Shown here piece by piece: positions 12,201 to 23,300 of a stretch of DNA of 64,000 nt. Made by a program: the position numbers and the translations under genes. Numbering within the stretch: position 1 is the first letter of the stretch; each line of letters begins with the position of its first letter. The stretch comes from Botryllus schlosseri. Lineage: Eukaryota. The notes beneath the pieces are model-generated. The model did no database searches. It worked only from the letters and a program-made list of their open reading frames with translations, and was not told the DNA's origin. Location of the stretch: NCBI GenBank assembly GCA_051294905.1, contig CM119371.1, forward strand, positions 26,662,001 to 26,726,000. Direction: 5' to 3'.

Positions 12201-13510
12201 ATCTCAAATCCGCTTCCGTTTGTTTGTGGAATACCACCAAATATGCCGCGCCACCAGCACGAGTTTCGTTTTAATCCCAGGCTAACAAACGCCCAATCCT
12301 AAATTCGCGGTGCGGTACTTGAGCTGCGTGAACTAAAACTTCTCCGTTTTTCAATCAATCCTGGCGAATTCTCCAATCGTCACGAGCAACCTTCCATTTA
12401 GTTCCTTATTCTGGGAAAGAAACCCTTCTGTCACACGCGCAACCTTTCGCTGAAAACAACCGCTGTTTCCACTCTGGTGATTCCTAACCTCAATCTTCAT
12501 CGCTAATCCCCAGGGATTTTGAACAAAAGGACTATCGCTGGCTTCCCGCCTGAATAGTTCCTGTTGTTATTAAAGTTGAAGATGACGATAAGCCTTAAAA
12601 TCGATGTCCCACATTACATTCTATTCTGAAGCCTACTTGGTGTTGGAACGGCTGGCCTACTGAAATTATGTCAATATGAACCTATTGATTGTTGCGATAT
12701 TGAATTCCTATTTCTATTAAATGCCTATTTTCAATATGCTGATTTTCAGCAATCTCTGACACGCCCTACTAAAACCGTACTGGCAAGATCGTAGCACTCT
12801 ACGCGTTTGCGCAACCCTACTGTATATGGAATTACAATTTTATCAAAATCTTTCTTTCTTGACCACAAGAAATGCCCGCCCATACATGTGACAAATGAAA
12901 TAATTTACGGATTGTTTCGGTGAATCGAGTTACGATCTCATGTCCGTAATTGAATACAGCGTAAAGAACAGTAAATTTCCTTACGTCCACGTATGTAAAC
13001 TCGTTTACTGCTCAAAAAGGTGTAAATTTACGGATTTTTCTAACAGTGTACTTTATAAGATTCAGTGTAGAAATTCAGTAGAAATGTAAACACGCTTGAA
13101 TATGACTAAAACTCGCATAAGCATTACACTATGATTGATTATTTCAATTAGCAAGCATAATAGATCATCACCTAATGAATGCAAGGACGAGTTCGCAAGT
13201 GGGAAATAAGTCAGATCGCTCGAAATAATAGTCCCGAGTTGCGTAAAGCTAATGTTCTCCCCGTAGCTGAGATCAAGGTTAGCAATTTCGCCTATGGGAA
13301 TGAGGTATTAGAAAATACCAATTCGAGAGGTTCTCTACTAGATAGTGCCTATACTCACGTTTACAACACAACCTAAACGCAAAGCGCACGAATTTCCATA
13401 TTGATCAAATACCACAAACTTTGCTGGCTTTCAGAGTTAGTAACTAAGCGCGTAACAGAATTTACCTAAAAAAGTCAGTACTCCAAAATTTTTGTAAAGT
13501 ATAGCTTTTT

Positions 13511-13570
13511 GGCGTTGGATTTAAGTTCCAATGAACAAGTGTTCACGTAGGTTCGAATCCCACACCCACT
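13511..13570 (+). pseudogene. tRNA-Leu(TAA)-like fragment within direct-repeat copy 2; mirror at 21057-21116
   Basis: GGCGTTGGATTTAAGTTCCAATGAACAAGTGTTCACGTAGGTTCGAATCCCACACCCACT. Confidence 0.75.
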
Positions 13571-13994
13571 ACGTTTTACGAGAATTAATATTTTTAGATT
13601 CAAATTTAGCGTATTGAGTACTTTTTCAGCGCATTAGAGACGTTTACACTATGGATTTCGTGAGCTTTACTTGAGTTTTATAAATTAACGTAAAAGTAGT
13701 CATTTCCGAGTAAGTAAAACGTTCGTATTGTAGGTTCATTTCTGCTTAATACTATAATTACCATGGAGTTGAAGCAGTCCAATATCAAAAACACCCGAAA
13801 GTATTTGTTGCATATAGCTAAAAACCTAATTGAGTACTCTGAAGAAGTACAAGTTGCACAGTTTGTGGTATTTCTATGACATCGAAATTTAGCTGACCAG
13901 AACTTATACTTGAGTACTTCGAAATGTACAAGTACTTTACCTTCACACGACGTTTCTGTAAAATGAATACTGATTTTATTAAAAAATAAAAAAT

Positions 13995-14227
13995 ACCTAG
14001 AGCAATTATAAAACGCATCTTCGAAACTTTTGGTCTAGTTCATCCGCTTGCATTTCGAAACGAACCATCACGACAAGACTCTAACCCCCCACATTGAAAA
14101 GGAATAAGGCATCGGGTTTGCAGAAAAAAGAAGAAGCAAAAGATGCTAAGTAAAGTGGCTACCAGGGTTTTGTAATTACTCGAGTCAACCAAAAGTTTCG
14201 AAGATGCGTTTTATAATTGCTCTAGGT
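13995..14227. repeat. Perfect 40-bp local inverted repeat (13995-14034 / 14188-14227)
   Basis: ACCTAGAGCAATTATAAAACGCATCTTCGAAACTTTTGGT and its reverse complement. Confidence 0.95.
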
Positions 14228-15589
14228 GTGAAATAGACATCGCACTCTTGCGGGGAAACAACACGAATTCAGTCTTCACACCGCAGAAACACAGCCGCTT
14301 GGTTAACATCACAAAACCACAATTGAACTCAAGATTGCCATACACGGAATCGCTGTTAACGATGTCTGACTGCGGCGTTTCGACGAGTAACGAATTCTCG
14401 TATTTAGTATTGATTGTGACACATACTCAAAACAGCGACAGTTTTCACAACCCGGTACATACATTGAACCAACTGATGTAAGGTGAAACATTACGTTCAC
14501 ACCAAAAAAAAAGTTTGCAGGGTATGACCACCACCAACATATAGAGTAGTGAGTGAGTAATTAAACTACATACCCCGATTTTACTATATTCCGAGATCCG
14601 GATCACGATTCAAGTCTACCTGAGAATCCGAACTACCCTGTGAAGTTGATATATCAAGTTGTGAACCGTGAAAGGGTTGTAATCTCGTTGAAATAGTGTG
14701 CGACACATTTTTTCACAAGTCGAATGCATGTCGGTTCATACTAAGACCATGTTACGGTCAAATATGTGTGTTTTTCTGTCTCCAAGTCAGCTACCCCCAC
14801 ATTGAATGTACAGAGTCGGTGCATGTATGAGACTTCAGAACATGAATTTGTAATCCATGATGCTTGTAGTGCCGGCCATGATGTTATCCATGATGTAATT
14901 AATGTCACACACCTCCTTTACGCGAATACTTGGTATCTATGAACAATCGTGAAGTATACTGGATGTGTAATGTCTTGTTATTTTCATGGAAACACGGGGG
15001 TGTAACATGTTTGAATATTGTTCATTGGTTTGTCGATTCAGAGTTGATATCCGGATCCGGTTAATACTTTCTCGGGTTTCCGATTTCAAACTGAACGGCG
15101 GGATATGTATTGACCAATAAAGAGTGACACAATATAGTAAACATGTGTGAGAAAACTCACAAGTAACCCGGATTTGTTAGCGCGACGGGGACATAAATTC
15201 AACCATTATCCGTGTACCAAGCAGTTACCAAAGTCATGGAGGTTGCTAATTTCAACATATTGACTCTGTAGGAGGCTAAAGCACGAACCGGGACACACAC
15301 AGACACACACACCAGGACACACAATATACGTCGATTTCCAAAGCATACATTTCGATATACAAGAGCATATTGTTATTTCATGTGGTTAACTGTTGATATA
15401 GATGCGATGCGATCGACGCGGGTATACTCTGAAACCGGTTGTCCGTTTATATGAGAAAAGATGCTGTGAAGGGCTTTAAAAAGCGGCAATTGAGCATAGT
15501 TGTGTCGAGTTACCGAATGATTTTTTCCTTACATCAAAACAACTAGAATGTGTAACTACATTAAACACGTATCTAAATGAGCTCCAGGG

Positions 15590-16620
15590 CATTGTGATTA
15601 TGCAGCATACCAAATTGCATCACACATTTACATTTCATGATGGAATAACTTTAAAACTAATTCAGTTCTATAGCAACTTTTGCCTACATCTGTTTCGCTA
15701 GCGTGTACAACTGTACATGTACATATACATAGTCAGCTTTAATACCAGAATTACCATGCTAATATGTGAATCCTCACCTTGAAACTTGGTACGTAGTTGT
15801 AGGACATTGTGATTATGCAGCATACGAAATTTCCTCACGCATTTCATAATGGAACAACTTTAAAACTAACGCGGCTCCTACATCGACATTTTGCGTACAT
15901 CTGTTTTGTGGGGGCGTATAGTACGTACCCATACATAGCCAACTTTAATAACGGAATTACCATGCTTAACATTGAATCCCAACTCTAAACTTGATACGTA
16001 GTTGTAGGACATTATGGCAATGCACCATGCTAGATTTCATCATCCCACATCTAATGATGGAGCACCTTTGAAACTATCGCAGTCGAATACCGACTTTTAC
16101 GCATATCTGCTTTTCGTGAACACAGCATATACCCATACATAGTCAATTTTAATAACAGAATTAGTATGCTAAACATCAAATTCTCACCTTGAACGTTGGT
16201 ACACAGTTGTAGGACATAATAAGAATGAACCATACCAAATTTCGTCACACATTTCATGATGTAACACCTTCAAAACCAACGCAGTTCTATACAGACTTTT
16301 GGCTAAGTCTGTTTTTCCGTAGCGTAGCACGTACCTATGCATAGTCAACTTTAATAACGGAATTACCATGTTAATAATCGGCTCCCAACCTTGAAACTCG
16401 CTACACCGTTGTAAGACATTATGACAATGCACCATGTCAAATTTTGTTACGCATTTCATGATTGAACAACTTTAAAACTAATCCAGTTCCATGCCGACTT
16501 TTGCGGGGGGGCGTAGCACGTACCTATGCATACTCAACTTTAATAACGGAATTACCGAGCTTAACATTGAATGCGCAACTTGAAGATCGGTTCACGGGTG
16601 TAGGACATTATGACAATGGA
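15590..16620. repeat. ~205-bp diverged tandem repeat, ~5 units (mirror ~18007-19037; also ~61080-61625 and ~63010-63680)
   Basis: Anchor GTA(G/A)GACAT at 15799, 16004, 16209, 16411 and 16600. Shared CAACTTTAATAACGGAATTACCATG and CCAAATTT motifs. Confidence 0.9.
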
Positions 16621-17293
16621 ACATACCACTGCGCTAACTTTCAGAATTGTTAAGTATAGTACTCGCACTTTGTGAGAATACCCAAGGAGGTTTTTTTGCC
16701 TACATGCACCAAATACTCTCAAGTCCTTATGATATTGGAGTACATCAACTTCATGATAGCTAGAGTATTGAACAGAAATGGACCTAGAGTACTAACGTTT
16801 TACTTACTCGGAAATGACTACTTCTACCTTATTTTAAAGGATACCTCGTTCGAAGCGAAATTTATGTGGTTTTGGATAATATCCAAGATGTAGGCTCACT
16901 TTGAAGGGTACTTCCTAAAACTCAAATATTGCGCAAAAGTACAATTAGGGATCTAAAAGTAACTAATATAGATGGTTATTTCCGTAGATAACTTACCCTC
17001 TACTCAAGAGGTTTTTCAGGTGGAACTACCTACTTTTAGGACTGTTTATGTCAAAGTAGTTTGAGCTTACGTTTATATCACCTTGACAAGTGACATTATC
17101 AGACATGAAAATGATATTATCACGTAATACCAGAAGTTAACACACGTCAATGTGTTTCGGAATTCACGAGAAATTGCTTACTAAGAGAAGTATATTCTTG
17201 TGTACACAATAGCGGAGAGAATATTTAAAATGTAGTAAGCAGGCCGATGGGTATTCATTGAGTTGTATAAGCATAAAAAACATTCCCGCGCGC

Positions 17294-17332
17294 GTCTTAG
17301 GATTAGGTGGTAGGGTTAGGCAGGGTTTAGGA
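17294..17332 (+). other. 39-nt palindrome spacer (hairpin loop) of degenerate telomere-like repeats
   Basis: GTCTTAGGATTAGGTGGTAGGGTTAGGCAGGGTTTAGGA, between CCCGCGCGC and GCGCGCGGG. Confidence 0.9.
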
Positions 17333-20300
17333 GCGCGCGGGAATGTTTTTTATGCTTATACAACTCAATGAATACCCATCGGCCTGCTTACTACATTTTA
17401 AATATTCTCTCCGCTATTGTGTACACAAGAATATACTTCTCTTAGTAAGCAATTTCTCGTGAATTCCGAAACACATTGACGTGTGTTAACTTCTGGTATT
17501 ACGTGATAATATCATTTTCATGTCTGATAATGTCACTTGTCAAGGTGATATAAACGTAAGCTCAAACTACTTTGACATAAACAGTCCTAAAAGTAGGTAG
17601 TTCCACCTGAAAAACCTCTTGAGTAGAGGGTAAGTTATCTACGGAAATAACCATCTATATTAGTTACTTTTAGATCCCTAATTGTACTTTTGCGCAATAT
17701 TTGAGTTTTAGGAAGTACCCTTCAAAGTGAGCCTACATCTTGGATATTATCCAAAACCACATAAATTTCGCTTCGAACGAGGTATCCTTTAAAATAAGGT
17801 AGAAGTAGTCATTTCCGAGTAAGTAAAACGTTAGTACTCTAGGTCCATTTCTGTTCAATACTCTAGCTATCATGAAGTTGATGTACTCCAATATCATAAG
17901 GACTTGAGAGTATTTGGTGCATGTAGGCAAAAAAACCTCCTTGGGTATTCTCACAAAGTGCGAGTACTATACTTAACAATTCTGAAAGTTAGCGCAGTGG
18001 TATGTTCCATTGTCATAATGTCCTACACCCGTGAACCGATCTTCAAGTTGCGCATTCAATGTTAAGCTCGGTAATTCCGTTATTAAAGTTGAGTATGCAT
18101 AGGTACGTGCTACGCCCCCCCCGCAAAAGTCGGCATGGAACTGGATTAGTTTTAAAGTTGTTCAATCATGAAATGCGTAACAAAATTTGACATGGTGCAT
18201 TGTCATAATGTCTTACAACGGTGTAGCGAGTTTCAAGGTTGGGAGCCGATTATTAACATGGTAATTCCGTTATTAAAGTTGACTATGCATAGGCACGTGC
18301 TACGCTACGGAAAAACAGACTTAGCCAAAAGTCTGTATAGAACTGCGTTGGTTTTGAAGGTGTTACATCATGAAATGTGTGACGAAATTTGGTATGGTTC
18401 ATTCTTATTATGTCCTACAACTGTGTACCAACGTTCAAGGTGAGAATTTGATGTTTAGCATACTAATTCTGTTATTAAAATTGACTATGTATGGGTATAT
18501 GCTGTGTTCACGAAAAGCAGATATGTGTAAAAGTCGGTATTCGACTGCGATAGTTTCAAAGGTGCTCCATCATTAGATGTGGGATGATGAAATCTAGCAT
18601 GGTGCATTGCCATAATGTCCTACAACTACGTATCAAGTTTAGAGTTGGGATTCAATGTTAAGCATGGTAATTCCGTTATTAAAGTTGGCTATGTATGGGT
18701 ACGTACTATACGCCCCCACAAAACAGATGTACGCAAAATGTCGATGTAGGAGCCGCGTTAGTTTTAAAGTTGTTCCATTATGAAATGCGTGAGGAAATTT
18801 CGTATGCTGCATAATCACAATGTCCTACAACTACGTACCAAGTTTCAAGGTGAGGATTCACATATTAGCATGGTAATTCTGGTATTAAAGCTGACTATGT
18901 ATATGTACATGTACAGTTGTACACGCTAGCGAAACAGATGTAGGCAAAAGTTGCTATAGAACTGAATTAGTTTTAAAGTTATTCCATCATGAAATGTAAA
19001 TGTGTGATGCAATTTGGTATGCTGCATAATCACAATGCCCTGGAGCTCATTTAGATACGTGTTTAATGTAGTTACACATTCTAGTTGTTTTGATGTAAGG
19101 AAAAAATCATTCGGTAACTCGACACAACTATGCTCAATTGCCGCTTTTTAAAGCCCTTCACAGCATCTTTTCTCATATAAACGGACAACCGGTTTCAGAG
19201 TATACCCGCGTCGATCGCATCGCATCTATATCAACAGTTAACCACATGAAATAACAATATGCTCTTGTATATCGAAATGTATGCTTTGGAAATCGACGTA
19301 TATTGTGTGTCCTGGTGTGTGTGTCTGTGTGTGTCCCGGTTCGTGCTTTAGCCTCCTACAGAGTCAATATGTTGAAATTAGCAACCTCCATGACTTTGGT
19401 AACTGCTTGGTACACGGATAATGGTTGAATTTATGTCCCCGTCGCGCTAACAAATCCGGGTTACTTGTGAGTTTTCTCACACATGTTTACTATATTGTGT
19501 CACTCTTTATTGGTCAATACATATCCCGCCGTTCAGTTTGAAATCGGAAACCCGAGAAAGTATTAACCGGATCCGGATATCAACTCTGAATCGACAAACC
19601 AATGAACAATATTCAAACATGTTACACCCCCGTTTTTCCATGAAAATAACAAGACATTACACATCCAGTATACTTCACGATTGTTCATAGATACCAAGTA
19701 TTCGCGTAAAGGAGGTGTGTGACATTAATTACATCATGGATAACATCATGGCCGGCACTACAAGCATCATGGATTACAAATTCATGTTCTGAAGTCTCAT
19801 ACATGCACCGACTCTGTACATTCAATGTGGGGGTAGCTGACTTGGAGACAGAAAAACACACATATTTGACCGTAACATGGTCTTAGTATGAACCGACATG
19901 CATTCGACTTGTGAAAAAATGTGTCGCACACTATTTCAACGAGATTACAACCCTTTCACGGTTCACAACTTGATATATCAACTTCACAGGGTAGTTCGGA
20001 TTCTCAGGTAGACTTGAATCGTGATCCGGATCTCGGAATATAGTAAAATCGGGGTATGTAGTTTAATTACTCACTCACTACTCTATATGTTGGTGGTGGT
20101 CATACCCTGCAAACTTTTTTTTTGGTGTGAACGTAATGTTTCACCTTACATCAGTTGGTTCAATGTATGTACCGGGTTGTGAAAACTGTCGCTGTTTTGA
20201 GTATGTGTCACAATCAATACTAAATACGAGAATTCGTTACTCGTCGAAACGCCGCAGTCAGACATCGTTAACAGCGATTCCGTGTATGGCAATCTTGAGT

Positions 20301-23300
20301 TCAATTGCGGTTTTGTGATGTTAACCAAGCGGCTGTGTTTCTGCGGTGTGAAGACTGAATTCGTGTTGTTTCCCCGCAAGAGTGCGATGTCTATTTCACA
20401 CCTAGAGCAATTATAAAACGCATCTTCGAAACTTTTGGTTGACTCGAGTAATTACAAAACCCTGGTAGCCACTTTACTTAGCATCTTTTGCTTCTTCTTT
20501 TTTCTGCAAACCCGATGCCTTATTCCTTTTCAATGTGGGGGGTTAGAGTCTTGTCGTGATGGTTCGTTTCGAAATGCAAGCGGATGAACTAGACCAAAAG
20601 TTTCGAAGATGCGTTTTATAATTGCTCTAGGTATTTTTTATTTTTTAATAAAATCAGTATTCATTTTACAGAAACGTCGTGTGAAGGTAAAGTACTTGTA
20701 CATTTCGAAGTACTCAAGTATAAGTTCTGGTCAGCTAAATTTCGATGTCATAGAAATACCACAAACTGTGCAACTTGTACTTCTTCAGAGTACTCAATTA
20801 GGTTTTTAGCTATATGCAACAAATACTTTCGGGTGTTTTTGATATTGGACTGCTTCAACTCCATGGTAATTATAGTATTAAGCAGAAATGAACCTACAAT
20901 ACGAACGTTTTACTTACTCGGAAATGACTACTTTTACGTTAATTTATAAAACTCAAGTAAAGCTCACGAAATCCATAGTGTAAACGTCTCTAATGCGCTG
21001 AAAAAGTACTCAATACGCTAAATTTGAATCTAAAAATATTAATTCTCGTAAAACGTAGTGGGTGTGGCATTCGAACCTACGTGAACACTTGTTCATTGGA
21101 ACTTAAATCCAACGCCAAAAAGCTATACTTTACAAAAATTTTGGAGTACTGACTTTTTTAGGTAAATTCTGTTACGCGCTTAGTTACTAACTCTGAAAGC
21201 CAGCAAAGTTTGTGGTATTTGATCAATATGGAAATTCGTGCGCTTTGCGTTTAGGTTGTGTTGTAAACGTGAGTATAGGCACTATCTAGTAGAGAACCTC
21301 TCGAATTGGTATTTTCTAATACCTCATTCCCATAGGCGAAATTGCTAACCTTGATCTCAGCTACGGGGAGAACATTAGCTTTACGCAACTCGGGACTATT
21401 ATTTCGAGCGATCTGACTTATTTCCCACTTGCGAACTCGTCCTTGCATTCATTAGGTGATGATCTATTATGCTTGCTAATTGAAATAATCAATCATAGTG
21501 TAATGCTTATGCGAGTTTTAGTCATATTCAAGCGTGTTTACATTTCTACTGAATTTCTACACTGAATCTTATAAAGTAGATAGACGAGGAACACTATTAA
21601 CATAAGGTAAGCGAAAAGTACGTAAATTTTGATGTCATACAAACATGGTGACGTACTAGTATAATGCACATTTTGGAGAGATTAAGTAAAGCAATGATCT
21701 CAGATAAATCCGTTAAATTAAGGCAGAAGTACCAATTTACGAAGAAAGTTAGCATTCTAGGCCTATAATTCTGTTTAATACTGAAAATGTCATGAAGTTG
21801 AAGCGAACGGAAATCATAAACACTTTAGTATTAGGTCCATATACGTGATAAGCTACTTTAGTATTCTGATGGTTTGGGATAAAATGTAATTTTTCGTGCT
21901 TTTTTATTTTTTAATAAAATCAGTATTCATTTTACAGAAACGTCGTGTGAAGGTAAAGTACTTGTACATTTCGAAGTACTCAAGTATAAGTTCTGGTCAG
22001 CTAAATTTCGATGTCATAGAAATACCACAAACTGTGCAACTTGTACTTCTTCAGAGTACTCAATTAGGTTTTTAGCTATATGCAACAAATACTTTCGGGT
22101 GTTTTTGATATTGGACTGCTTCAACTCCATGGTAATTATAGTATTAAGCAGAAATGAACCTACAATACGATCGTTTTACTTACTCGGAAATGACTACTTT
22201 TACGTTAATTTATAAAACTCAAGTAAAGCTCACGAAATCCATAGTGTAAACGTCTCTAATGCGCTGAAAAAGGCAGAAAAAGTACTCAATACGCTAAATT
22301 TGAATCCAAAAATATTAATTCTCGTAAAACGTAGTGGGTGTGGGATTCGAACCTATATGTGAACACTTGTTCATTGGAACTTAAATCCAACGCCAAAAAG
22401 CTATACTTTACAAAAATTTTGGAGTACTGACTTTTTTAGGTAAATTCTGTTACGCGCTTAGTTACTAACTCTGAAAGCCAGCAAAGTTTGTGGTATTGGA
22501 TCAATATGGAAATTCGTGCACTTTGCGTTTAGGTTGCGTTGTAAACATGAGTAACTTATAACACTTGTTCATTGAAACTCAAGTCCAACGCCTTAACCGC
22601 TCGCTCAAGCCAGTTCCGTTGCTACGATATCTGAGAAATCTATTAAATTAGGGTAGAAATAACTATTTCCAAGTAAGTTTCATGAAGTCTCGATACGCTA
22701 TATTTATTCCAAAAATAATAATCCCCGTAAAACGTACTGGGTGTGGGGTTCGAAGCCTAGAATAATAAGCGGATCGTGATTGAAAATAGAAGGAGGATCA
22801 CTGGATTAACGTTTATGGAATACTCCGCAATGTAAAATTAGTATATACTGCACAAAATCCAGAGTGTAAGAGTCTTTACTGCATCGGAATAGTGTAGTTT
22901 TCCATCTACTTTACAAAATTTATACGATTTTTCCTGCTACGTTCCGGGATAAAATGTAATTTTTCGCACTTTATTAATTTTTAATAAAATTAGTATCCAT
23001 TATACAAAAAACGACGTGTAAAGGTAAAGTACGAATACAAGTACAAGTAGAGATTTCAAAGTAAGTAAGTGGTTATGTTCGTAGACTAACCCCACTTCTA
23101 CGTAACGATTTTTCAGTAAGTAGTCATGTTTCTAGGCTACTTTTACTTCTATTTAACGAGTTTTCATACAAATCTGCTTTCTTTAATGACATTCAAGTAG
23201 GCTACTTACTTTAGATTATTAAAAGTATAGTGATTGAAAATAGATCACTGGATTATAGTTTACAGAAAACTCCACAATTCTATGTGACGTCCTTGCATGC

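Larger units (their letters stand above)
8177..13048 (-). mobile_element. CMC/EnSpm (CACTG-type) non-autonomous DNA transposon inserted in the left arm only
   Basis: TIRs CACTGTTAAAAAAAT / ATTTTTCTAACAGTG. TA duplicated at 8175-8176 and 13049-13050. The empty site is visible in the mirror arm (TA at 21577-21578). Subterminal GTAAATTTAC repeats at both ends. Confidence 0.88.

Noticed and set aside
14230..15590. Relic Polinton coding sequence in the unique part of the arm
   Set aside because: The frames I translated gave short peptides with no pPolB, integrase, ATPase or capsid motifs. A profile search could still find something.
13179..21448. Pairs of near-identical short ORFs on opposite strands
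   Set aside because: They result from the palindrome and tandem repeats. All are under 100 aa with no recognisable domain.
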